Made by a program: the position numbers and the translations under genes | Notes under the pieces: model-generated | What the model was told of the DNA's origin: nothing | Seen by the model: only the letters and a program-made list of their open reading frames with translations | The model's database searches: none | Assembly: GCA_044892525.1 (NCBI GenBank) | Contig: CM097885.1 | Span: 94,736,001-94,800,000, forward strand | DNA from: Schmidtea polychroa | Taxonomy: Eukaryota | Length of the DNA stretch: 64,000 nucleotides | Reading direction: 5' to 3' | In this document: positions 11,994-22,190 of the stretch, piece after piece | Layout of the letters: the number at the start of each line of letters is the position of its first letter | How positions within the stretch are numbered: the stretch's first letter is position 1

Positions 11994-13078
11994 TGGCGAC
12001 CATTCCAACGGATCTGCTTATTGGAAGATTACTTCCAGAAAAATTCCACAGAGGAGATGACCTCGAATTATTTATCAAAGAATGTCAGAGGTTCTTTGAA
12101 ATAACGAAGACACCAGTGAAGACCCAAATGGTACTAGTTATTACACTTCTGGACAGGACTTTGATTGAAGAATATGAAACCGCAGAAGGCAAAACCGTTG
12201 AACAGAAATTAAGAGCAGCTTTTCATCGACCAACGTCATTGATTGATGAATTAAGAGAAGCCTTGAACTACGAGCAAGGTAACGAATCAGCGGAAATATT
12301 TATAGAGAAAATATCAAAAATGACTAAAAAATTGGCCTCACACACTTGGAATGAGGAAGAAATTCAGAAATGTTTATTGACACATTGTGTAAAAGATAAA
12401 GAAGTCAGGAAAGAAATCGAAATGAAAGATCTCAAAACGGCGGAACAAATTAAAGAAACTATAAAGAAGATAGAAAAAGTTAACAAGGTTATTGAACAAG
12501 TAAACACGGTGAGATCAATACGACCTGCAACTGGAGGAAGAACTTATAGAGATGTAGTACAAGTTGGAGCCACGAAGAGAAAAATCAACGAATGGGAACC
12601 AGAGACAAGAATTAAAGTGATAGAATGCTGGACGTGTCAAAAACCGGGACACAGTAGCAGAGAATGTAATATAAAAAGAAGATTTCAATGTTATGCATGT
12701 GGTGTTGAAGGTCACATACGAAGAGAATGTCCAACAATCAAATGTCATAGATGCAATGCACGAGGACACAAAGAAAGAGAGTGCTACACAAATATGGAAA
12801 GACGAAATCAAGGAAGAGATCGAGACCAAAGGAAGATGTCAGGAGGAAGAGTTCAAAGAAATACCTATCAACAAAGGGAAGATATGTATCAATCAAGGAA
12901 CGTACATCAAAGACAATGGGGAAACCAACAATATAACAGAAAAGATATTGCAGCTATCGAGTCTGATGATGAGATGATGAATACAAAACAGTCAAGCCAG
13001 CCAGACGAGTATAACAGGGAGAATGACCCAAACGAGCACGCTCCGTCAAACGGGACATTGATCGGAGCAATTTACTAA
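11993..13078 (+). CDS. gag: Gag with three CCHC zinc knuckles
   Basis: CWTCQKPGHSSREC, CYACGVEGHIRREC, CHRCNARGHKEREC. The first ATG after the LTR is at 11993. Confidence 0.9.
   Translation: MATIPTDLLIGRLLPEKFHRGDDLELFIKECQRFFEITKTPVKTQMVLVITLLDRTLIEEYETAEGKTVEQKLRAAFHRPTSLIDELREALNYEQGNESAEIFIEKISKMTKKLASHTWNEEEIQKCLLTHCVKDKEVRKEIEMKDLKTAEQIKETIKKIEKVNKVIEQVNTVRSIRPATGGRTYRDVVQVGATKRKINEWEPETRIKVIECWTCQKPGHSSRECNIKRRFQCYACGVEGHIRRECPTIKCHRCNARGHKERECYTNMERRNQGRDRDQRKMSGGRVQRNTYQQREDMYQSRNVHQRQWGNQQYNRKDIAAIESDDEMMNTKQSSQPDEYNRENDPNEHAPSNGTLIGAIY
11994..12002 (+). promoter_or_regulatory. Primer-binding site
   Basis: TGGCGACCA immediately after the LTR CA, complementary to a tRNA 3' end (Arg-UCG-like by recall; not verified). 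Confidence 0.75.
13027..13068 (+). promoter_or_regulatory. -1 programmed ribosomal frameshift signal
   Basis: C_CCA_AAC slippery heptamer in gag frame (13027-33), 6-nt spacer, stem GCTCCG-TCAA / TTGA-(T)-CGGAGC. The pol frame (-1) is open exactly from 13027. Confidence 0.75.
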
Positions 13079-16000
13079 GTAAGATTGATTTCAACCAAAG
13101 AATGAATGCTAACGGTATGTGTAATTTAAGTGTGTATGATGATTGTATGATTGATAAAGATTGTAGTGTTTTTGAACGTGATATTAATAATAATAGTAGT
13201 GTAGAAATCAAAAAGTCGAATGATAAGGAAAGTCAGAAAAAATTTAAAGAGGAGTGTAAAGCAAATGAATTAGTAAAACACGAGGAAAGAACTATAGAGA
13301 AAATTTACAAATTCCTCAAGAAAAATGGAGACGTGTGTATTAATGAAATTGTAGAAGATACTAGAGAGCAGAATATTTTGTCAGTAGAAGAACAAAAAAG
13401 TCCAGTAATAACATATAATATAATGCAAGGTAGACCGAGTACAACACTGGATATCCAAGGGCGGAAAGTAGATTGTTTATTGGATACAGTAGCGCGAATT
13501 AATGTGATGGCTAAATCTGTAATTGATAGATTAGAAAATATCGAAATATTAGAAACAAGGGAATCGCTAAGATGTGCAAACAACAGTAGATTAGAAACTA
13601 TGGGTAAAATAAACATCAATGTTAAAATGGGCAGTATTGAAAGAAATGTAACATTCATTATAGTAAAGAATTTAATACCAGAAATTATTGGAGGAGTAGA
13701 ACTACAAAGGTTATTTGGTATAGAATTGAAATGTATACTAGAAGAACATGAAAAACGTAGTGATTTCATTTGCGAAATAGAAGCTAGATTTGGGCGGATT
13801 ATAACAGATGAAGAAAGATTACGTCATGCCATCGACGTTTTAAAGGTTACCGGAAATAAGGGACTGTTAGAAATATTTCAGGCAAACAAGAATGTTTTTA
13901 TGGCAGATAAATGGGACATTGGGTGTACTAATCTGATAAAACATAAGATCATCACGAAAGGAGAGCCAATAATGATTAAACCGAGACCTCAGCCAATAAA
14001 TTTGGAAGACAAGATTGAGGAAGCAATAAAAAATCTAGAAAACAACGGAATAATTAGGAAGTGTAATTCACCGTGGAACACACCTTTAGTTTGTGTATGG
14101 AAGAAAGAGAAAAAAGACACCAGGCTTTGTCTAGACTTCAGACAATTAAACAAGATAACAGAAAGACAAGCATTTCCAATGCCAAATGTAGATGAAATTT
14201 TAGACATCCTACACGGATCCAGATATTTTAGCTCAATCGACTTGGGAAATGCTTATTACCAGGTGAAGTTAGATAAAGAATCTCAAGAGAAAACAGCATT
14301 CTCAACAAAAGACGGACAGTTCTGTTTTAACAGGATGCCGTTCGGTATTGCAGCGGCACCAGGAACATTTCAAGAATTAATGACGAAAGTATTGAAAGAT
14401 TTGTGGAAAGATGGAGTGATGGTATATTTAGACGACATCCTAATATTTACAAAGACAGAAGAAGACCATTATAACATATTTGGAAAAGTCCTAGGGAAGA
14501 TCGCAACAGCAGGATTAAGATTGAACCCCGAAAAATGTCAAATATTTAGAAAAGAAGTGAAGTTTCTGGGACACATAATAAATAAAGACGGCATACAAAC
14601 AGATAATACTAAGATAGAAGCAATACAATCATTTCAAAAGCCAAAATGTGTAAAGAATCTGAGGAGCTTTTTGGGTATCTGTAATTATTATCGACGGTTC
14701 ATAAAAGACTATGCAAAGAAGGCAAGAGCACTAGAAAGCATATGCGGAAAAAACAATGAGAAAATAAGATGGACAGAGATGTGTGAAAAGGCTTTCGGGG
14801 AAATGAAAGAAGCATTGATAACCGCCCCAGTATTGGTATTTCCAGATTTCAGAAAAGAATTTATATTAGACACAGACGCGAGTTTCGATACTATTGGAGC
14901 AGTTCTTTCGCAAAAGGATGAAAAAGGACATGAACATGTCATTGCATATGGTTCACATGCGATGAGCAGCCACGAAAAAGGATACTGCATTACCAGAAAA
15001 GAATTATTGGCAATATACTATTTTTGTAAACATTTCAACCATTACTTATATGGTAAGAGATTCGTACTGAGAACGGACCATAAAGCTATTACGTTTATGG
15101 TAACAACGAAGAAACCAATAACTGCTCAATTCCAGACGTGGATCAACTATTTAAGCAGCCTGGATATTAAAATGGAATACAGGAAAGGAACAAGCCATAC
15201 AAACGCGGATATGCTATCCAGGAAAACATGCGGAACATGTGTACAGTGTATGATGGAACACGAAGACCCAAAAACCGGCAAAATTAAAACCAGAATATTA
15301 ACAGTAACAGCAGAAGGCGGATATAACAAGTGGCAAAATGACAATATGGAGGTCCAAGAAATAAAGAATAAGTTAGAAAATAAAGATTGTAAGTTCATAA
15401 TGGAAAACAACACGGTACTAACTAAGCAAGGTAAAATATGGATACCGTCAGATAATAGACAGAGGATGATAAAAGAAGTACACGTATTGCTGTGCCATGC
15501 AGGTGCACAGAAAGTAACGAAATATATCCAGAATAACTGCGACATGGAAAATTTAGCAACGGAAGTAAAAAAGGTAATTGAGAACTGCGAAAGATGTCAG
15601 AAAATGAAAACGATAACAACCAAGACAAAGGAGGAAACTCAAACAATAAAGAGTACAGAACCATTCGAGAAGATATATATGGATATATGTGGGCCATTGA
15701 AAGAAACGTTCAACAAAAAGAAATATATTTGCGGAATCATTGACCACTATAGTAAATACATCTCATTAACGGCCATAAACAAGCAAGACGAAAAAACAAT
15801 TAGTGAGACGTTATTAAATAAATGGATATTAAAGTTTGGAGCTCCAAAAGAACTTCATGTAGATTGTGGGAAGAACTTTGAAGCAAGAAGTATAAAAGAA
15901 CTAGCAAAGGCAGCTGGCATTGAATTAATTTTCTCAAGCCCATATCACCATAACACGAATGGTATTATTGAAAGACAATTCAGAACAATCAGAGAGTATA

Positions 16001-16446
16001 TTAACGCGTCATTGAATGAAGGAGGTAGAAAAAACTGGGCTGATATAGTGCCAGAAATAGAATATACTTTAAATGCAACAGTTCAAAAAACAACGGGAGT
16101 AAGCCCAGCAGAGATTATATTTGGGAGGAAAATCGACAGAATGAAATGGTACTGGAATAAAGAAATAAATAGAGAAGATATGGAAAAGAGAATAGAGGAT
16201 GAAACACTAAAACCAAAAATAAGCAAAACAGTGAGAGATTTTGAAATGGAAGATTTGGTTTTGATCAAACAAGAAATTCGAAATAAAGACAATGCAAGGT
16301 GGGAAGGGCCGTACAAAGTGATAAAGAAAATACATGAACGGAGCTACTTACTTAAAGATCAAAATGGGAAGATGGTAGTCAGAAATGTTGAGAAGATCAA
16401 ACATTTTAAAAAAGGGGGATGTGAGGAGTTAAAATTAAAATACTAA
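13027..16446 (+). CDS. pol: Pol polyprotein (protease, RT, RNase H, integrase with GPY/F)
   Basis: LLDTVA (protease site variant), YLDD, TDAS RNase H, HVLLCH..CERC zinc finger, D-D-E core, WEGPY; stop lies inside the 3' LTR. Confidence 0.95.
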   Translation, partial: PKRARSVKRDIDRSNLLSKIDFNQRMNANGMCNLSVYDDCMIDKDCSVFERDINNNSSVEIKKSNDKESQKKFKEECKANELVKHEERTIEKIYKFLKKNGDVCINEIVEDTREQNILSVEEQKSPVITYNIMQGRPSTTLDIQGRKVDCLLDTVARINVMAKSVIDRLENIEILETRESLRCANNSRLETMGKININVKMGSIERNVTFIIVKNLIPEIIGGVELQRLFGIELKCILEEHEKRSDFICEIEARFGRIITDEERLRHAIDVLKVTGNKGLLEIFQANKNVFMADKWDIGCTNLIKHKIITKGEPIMIKPRPQPINLEDKIEEAIKNLENNGIIRKCNSPWNTPLVCVWKKEKKDTRLCLDFRQLNKITERQAFPMPNVDEILDILHGSRYFSSIDLGNAYYQVKLDKESQEKTAFSTKDGQFCFNRMPFGIAAAPGTFQELMTKVLKDLWKDGVMVYLDDILIFTKTEEDHYNIFGKVLGKIATAGLRLNPEKCQIFRKEVKFLGHIINKDGIQTDNTKIEAIQSFQKPKCVKNLRSFLGICNYYRRFIKDYAKKARALESICGKNNEKIRWTEMCEKAFGEMKEALITAPVLVFPDFRKEFILDTDASFDTIGAVLSQKDEKGHEHVIAYGSHAMSSHEKGYCITRKELLAIYYFCKHFNHYLYGKRFVLRTDHKAITFMVTTKKPITAQFQTWINYLSSLDIKMEYRKGTSHTNADMLSRKTCGTCVQCMMEHEDPKTGKIKTRILTVTAEGGYNKWQNDNMEVQEIKNKLENKDCKFIMENNTVLTKQGKIWIPSDNRQRMIKEVHVLLCHAGAQKVTKYIQNNCDMENLATEVKKVIENCERCQKMKTITTKTKEETQTIKSTEPFEKIYMDICGPLKETFNKKKYICGIIDHYSKYISLTAINKQDEKTISETLLNKWILKFGAPKELHVDCGKNFEARSIKELAKAAGIELIFSSPYHHNTNGIIERQFRTIREYINASLNEGGRKNWADIVPEIEYTLNATVQKTTGVSPAEIIFGRKIDRMKWYWNKEINREDMEKRIEDETLKPKISKTVRDFEMEDLVLIKQEIRNKDNARWEGPYKVIKKIHERSYLLKDQNGKMVVRNVEKIKHFKKGGCEELKLKY
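16408..16419 (+). promoter_or_regulatory. Polypurine tract
   Basis: AAAAAAGGGGGA directly before the 3' LTR TG. Confidence 0.85.
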
Positions 16447-16736
16447 ATTAAATTAGTTCATGATTAAAATTTGTAAAGTTTTAATTGAAACTTAAATTAT
16501 TTTAAGATATTAAAATTGAAATGATAATTGAAATTTTAAAATAAAATAATTTTTAATAAAATTGAAATTCAAGTATGAATGCGATGGTATGTTGATATTT
16601 GGTTGAAATTAAAATTTAGAAAATGTCCCAAGAATATTTGTTTATATAATCAGATTTAATGAAATATAATTTTGGATTTAATAGTCTTAGTAATTTATTT
16701 TGATGACAGAAGAATTAAATGTTATAGCTTCTAACA
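16420..16736 (+). repeat. 3' LTR
   Basis: Near-identical to the 5' LTR. Confidence 0.97.
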
Positions 16737-17473
16737 AAAGTCATTAAAATACGTAGAACAAAATCACACATCTATTCTTTTTCATTGAATTGAGGAAACG
16801 TATACTCCTTTATTTCCAAAAAAACTTGAATTTATTCTTTCAGATCATATATTCCTTTTAACATTGTGCCTCTGTTTAGCCAATATATTTCTGTGTAATA
16901 GATCGCATAACCATATTCACATTCCAAATGTTTTAGAAATTATTTAAATTGGCGGTGATTCAATGCCCTTGATCTGAGAAAATTAATAAGCTTTATAATT
17001 CATGAAGTGACATTTGGCATGTCTAAAGTTTTTGCACAAAGATTTTATTGATGTATTGCAGTGGTTCTCAACCCGTGTTCGGCGAAAAAAATGACATTTT
17101 ATCTTTAAATTTGCATATAGGATACATATCATCAAAAACCTCAATTAATTTTTTATAAGATGATTCAATAAGAAAGACGTTACACAGATATATAAATTAA
17201 ATATTATTAATCTTATTCGAAATCGTGTTTAATAACAATAACGAGTTCCACACAGTATGAACCTTTATTGATTAAAACAATTGATTACCAATTTACAGCT
17301 ACACGAATAATTCAATATTAGAACAATTAATTGAGACCTTATTGCAACCTATCGGGAGAAGAAGCACGCTTACAATACAACTCGGAATTCCCAACCACTT
17401 GACTACTGTTCTGTTTTCAATGATCAGTATTCTTTTATTTTCAATTTTCAATTTCTATAAATTCGATATAAAT

Positions 17474-18408
17474 TGTTGGGTTATATAGTTGGTGACAATA
17501 TTTGTAAATTCAAACCTTTAATCTGGCTCCAAAGCGTGTTTATTAATTCGCAATTCAACACTCTCGAACACAATAAGCTTTATTAATATCCACACGTAAT
17601 AGTACAAATTTCAATTACAACCAATTGACTATAAACCAATTTACCACACAGAGCTTATTTCGACACTACGTGAAGAATAGCCCTTTCTGTAACCACAACA
17701 ATAATCACTAGCCGTCAACTACTCAATTACAGAATATATTGATCGATTTTTCTATTTGCTTTGACCACACAACTTATTTACTCCACTTTTACTTTATATT
17801 CAATTTTATAAAAGATTCTTGTCACTTCTCTTTTCACTCTGCTTTGATTCCTCTTTTTACTCTGTCGTCTCTAATTTCACTCCACTTTTGCCTCTAAATC
17901 TGTTCCCAATCTGTTCTCAATCTGTTCTCAATCTGTTCCCAATCTGTTCTGATTTCTCGTCCACCAGTTTTCTTTATATAGTTGTTTTGCTTGTGGCACT
18001 CCAGATAATTGAGTGTTTTTCCACTTTCCATCTCCTGCTTTCCCCGACTGTCCCATTTTTATCTGTGACAGCTGTCAAGTTATTTTCCCCTTTTTCCTTT
18101 CTTGTTCGACCGCCTTCTCCCATCCATTCTATTATCACCGGCAAGCTGTCGAGATAAGGATATTGTTGTTTTCCTTTTTCCCTGATTTCAAAATTCCTTT
18201 TCCTTTTTGTACTAATTAATTTGTTCTGACCTTGATTTTTATTTTCCTGTTTGATAACTTTTATTTCCTTTCTCTTTCTCATTTTTGATTTCTTTTCACT
18301 TCCGTTTTCTTTTCTGAGTTTCTATAGATCGTCCCGTTTGTCATGGTGATCTTCCCCCAGGTAATTTTATTTATTTCTTTATGAATTATTATTTAGGTAT
18401 CCTCAACA
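17474..18408 (-). mobile_element. Solo LTR (TGTTGAGG...CCCAACA family)
   Basis: Plus strand TGTTGGG...CCTCAACA; 4-bp TSD AAAT on both sides; homologous to 51700-52228. Confidence 0.85.
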
Positions 18409-18639
18409 AAATTTTAATAATAAGATATACCACATATTAGTTAATTTAAAATTGCAATTTCAAGAAACAATTTATTTATTTTTCCGCATTAGAAATAATC
18501 TATAAATTGGGTAAAGAAACCCTTAGCTGAGTAACTTGATCGTATTTTAATTAATTTTATTTATTGACAATATTTATTGACAGTAAAAATGCAATAGATG
18601 AATGTTTATTTTTATTTTCTTTCATTTTTATACACATAT

Positions 18640-19452
18640 TGAAAGCTTCCAAGAAAAGGCGATACATTTCATAATATTTATCGTTAGGATTCACAAGTGT
18701 TAATAGATTGCTTGGAGAAACCCATGTGTTTGTTGTGTTCGAAAGTTTTTGCTTCAGATAGTATGAGATCAGCCAAGTTAAAATGACTCCTAGAAACTAC
18801 ATTCTGAAAACATTGAAAAGCCCATGTAATTTTTTCAAAGAATGTTGGACAAAACAAATATATAGAAGCAAAAGTTTAAAAACTTCTTTCAGTTACACCA
18901 AACACCTTATTGGCTTCGTGCCATCTCTCTTATCGAATCACAAAATGTAAGAAAGCACATACAATGAGAGAAGCCCTACTTTTAACAGCAGCTGCGGATA
19001 TGGTTCCAATAATGTTCGGTAAATCGTGTGCAAAACAGTTACGACAACTTCCACTTGCTGATAACACAGTCGGAAGAAGAATCAATGATATCTCTGAAGA
19101 TATTTGCGATCAATTAATTTTGGATATGTACTTCAAATTTCGCCATACAGATAGATGAGGCAACTGAAATTGCTAAAGATGTCCATTTAATTGCATATGT
19201 TCGATATGTTGCGGGAAATAATATATTAGAAGATATATTATTTTGTAAACCCATTCCTAGAAAGATCATATCCGTTGAAATCTTTAATATAATAGACGGA
19301 TTTTTTGAAGAAAATGACATAACGAAGAATAATTGCGTTGGATTGTGTACCGACGGAGCTCACTAAATATCCGAACACAAACCAGGCCTTCAAGCATTGG
19401 TTAAAAAGAAAGAACCCTATCTGACGCACTGTATGCTTTACAGAGCAGCTTT
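18640..19452 (+). pseudogene. hAT (ZBED5/SCAND3/Buster-like) transposase relic; probable left end CAGTGGTTCTCAACC at 17059; resumes at 20269-20410
   Basis: SCHLSYRITKCKKAHT...LPLADNTVGRRINDISEDI; DEATE..HLIAYVRY; CTDGA; HC; later WIQNPF. Confidence 0.8.
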
Positions 19453-19861
19453 AGTGTAAAAAACATGAGGTCAATGCGCGTCTGTGTGCGCGTTGTATTG
19501 TGGGATGGGTTTGTGTGCGCACACAGACGCGAGCAATGTCATTTTTTGGGTTAAATTATTGGTATATCGCGTCTGTGTGCGCTTTTTGCTTTGTTGATTG
19601 GAATTGTGTGCGCACACAGACGCGAGCAAGAGGTAGGACAATTTTTGATTAGTTTTTTGTGATGTTGTAATTTTTAGATTTTTATCGATTTAAATGGAAT
19701 TATGAGTTGTTTTTGGTTTTTTGGAGTTTATGGGCTTCCGATCAAATATGGCTGCTTTTAATGAAGAGATTTATGATTCAAACAATATGATCGAGGATAG
19801 ATGTTCTTTTGAATCGGATAACGTCAATGGTGTTTTTGGCCAACTAATCTCAAATTTATTT

Positions 19862-20230
19862 GGTGGATTGCTTTCCGTTGGTATTCGAGGCAATAATTGT
19901 GATGTAGTAGCTACACAAAGAAAAGTTCAGATAAAATGATTGAGAAGATTGTTTAATATTACTGAAAGAACTGGAGGTGTTATGACTGGTATGATCCCTG
20001 ATTATCGATCTCAAGTATGTCATGCACAAATGGAAGCACCTCAATTTAGATATAAAAATGTATATGAAATGCCTTGTGACATAATATGTCGTTCTATTGC
20101 GGATATTAATAAGTTTAACCCCCAATCGGCTGAGATGCGACCATCAGGTTGTTCAATGATGGCATTATCTTATGATATTGAAATGGACAAACCGTTATTA
20201 TTCAAAACTGATCCCAGTGGCTCTGTTGAT
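19862..20230 (+). pseudogene. PSMA6: Intronless proteasome alpha-6 (alpha1) pseudogene fragment
   Basis: GGLLSVGIRGNNCDVVATQRKV / LFNITERTGGVMTGMIPDYRSQVCHAQMEAPQFRYKNVYEMPCDIICRSIADI...QSAEMRPSGCSM...LFKTDPSG aligns by eye with PSMA6; frameshift/stop near 19930. Confidence 0.8.
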
Positions 20231-20847
20231 GACAATAAAATTATTATTCTCTTTCTTGAATTTAAACACACTGTATGCTTTACAGAGCAGCTTTGATTAT
20301 TCAAAGTTTTTCTGGATACAGAATCCATTTAACTACAATGAAGAAGACGAATTTGAGCTGACAACAATTGAAAGTTGTAAAAAAAGCATAAAGTTTGGAA
20401 ACCGCTGATATTTATAACAAAATATGACACAATTTCAATGTAAGAAGAATATGAAAATGGCAACTGCCCGCTGTAATTTCCCAATGCAACACATGCAAAT
20501 CATACTAGATTTTATTGAACCAAGAATGGCAATAAATAAACAATAATCTCACCAATATTAATATAATTATTATAAGTGATTTAGAGTTTTCCAATATTTT
20601 TCAACAAAAAGTCGATAGAAAATATCTATTATCAGCACCATGTTTTTGGAATCTCTTGAGTCAAATTAATTCTACTATTGGAATTTTATTTCCTTGGAAC
20701 ATCTGTTTGCCATGTTTAATAGATTTTGTTTTTCAATGTAATTCCAGATGATCCATGTCGACATTTGGGGTATTTAGTAGACTATATATTTTTCAATCAA
20801 TTGATCCGTTTTACATTGTAAAAATATTGCTCTATAAAGAACACAAA

Positions 20848-21042
20848 NNNNNNNNNNNNNNNNNNNNNNNNNNNNNNNNNNNNNNNNNNNNNNNNNNNNN
20901 NNNNNNNNNNNNNNNNNNNNNNNNNNNNNNNNNNNNNNNNNNNNNNNNNNNNNNNNNNNNNNNNNNNNNNNNNNNNNNNNNNNNNNNNNNNNNNNNNNNN
21001 NNNNNNNNNNNNNNNNNNNNNNNNNNNNNNNNNNNNNNNNNN
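20848..21042. other. Assembly gap (N run)
   Basis: Ns. Confidence 1.
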
Positions 21043-21996
21043 AATAGGGTACAAAAGCGATTTCATGAATAAATCAAAAATGAATTAATAGGTATTTAAT
21101 TGAATTACAGGATAAATAATTTAAATAATTTTGGCGGGAAAAGTAAAACAGAAGATAAAAATAATGAAAAGGAAAGGTAAGAAAAAGGAAAGGCATGAAA
21201 ATTATATTTTCAAATTGAAAGGGGTTGTTAGGAGTTGTAGATATCAAAATAATTAATTAATTGAAAATATCAATCCCATCAATTATTAACAAAAATAAAA
21301 ATTAAATTCTGACAATTGTATGATACAAATTTGATACTCATAAGATAAAAGGAGATTATTTAGCGAAATTAAACGGGTTTTTAAAATAAACCCTAGAAAA
21401 AGAAAATTGTGAACATAATATATAAACTAGTAAATTTATAATAGAAATTGCCATTTTAATAGACGTTAATTTTCCAGTGAAATTAAAGAGAAAAATATTT
21501 TTGTGTTAATTGAATTGAATCAAATTTGTTGGTTAGAATCAACTGTCATTTTGAATATGTTTGTTTTTGATAGAAATAAATCTTTACATTTGTTAGATCT
21601 TATATATTTAAATAAGAACCGGTCAAGTCAGCAGCAGTGATAATTCTGCTGAGATTGCAGATTTATTAAAAACGGAATTAAGAATTTTCGATAGTGAAAT
21701 AGACCTCTTCAATAATAATAATATAATATAATAATCAGCTGGTATATTTACATTACCAATGATATAAAAAATTTAGCAGAACAATTTTTATATTGTTATA
21801 TTTAATAGTTGAGATCAAACACATTAAATTTTAATTACCCAAAAATATTTGTACGACTCAATTAGATCACTGTTTTAATTAGACACAAGTTCCATAAAAC
21901 AATAATTATCATATTTTCCCATGTAAACCCCACAAATGTGTATCACTCCCACCTTCATATAACCAGTGAATTTTAAGTAAATCAGTAAAAACGATT

Positions 21997-22190
21997 NNNN
22001 NNNNNNNNNNNNNNNNNNNNNNNNNNNNNNNNNNNNNNNNNNNNNNNNNNNNNNNNNNNNNNNNNNNNNNNNNNNNNNNNNNNNNNNNNNNNNNNNNNNN
22101 NNNNNNNNNNNNNNNNNNNNNNNNNNNNNNNNNNNNNNNNNNNNNNNNNNNNNNNNNNNNNNNNNNNNNNNNNNNNNNNNNNNNNNNNNN
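21997..22190. other. Assembly gap (N run)
   Basis: Ns. Confidence 1.

Larger units (their letters stand above)
11677..16736 (+). mobile_element. Full-length young Ty3/Gypsy LTR retrotransposon
   Basis: 317-bp LTRs with one difference seen, 5-bp TSD AAAGT (11672-76 / 16737-41), PBS, PPT, and gag + pol in order PR-RT-RH-IN. Confidence 0.97.

Noticed and set aside
12515-16316. Antisense and alternative-frame ORFs over gag/pol (e.g. 13305-13769, 15147-15545)
   Set aside because: Shadow ORFs of the purine-rich coding strand, with no domain signatures.
17819-18282. ORFs within solo LTRs (also 45513, 48234-48862, 51715)
   Set aside because: Low-complexity purine/pyrimidine-biased LTR sequence with no protein motifs.
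19477-19624. CRISPR array
   Set aside because: The context is eukaryotic, there are only two units, the repeats alternate in orientation, and no cas genes are present.
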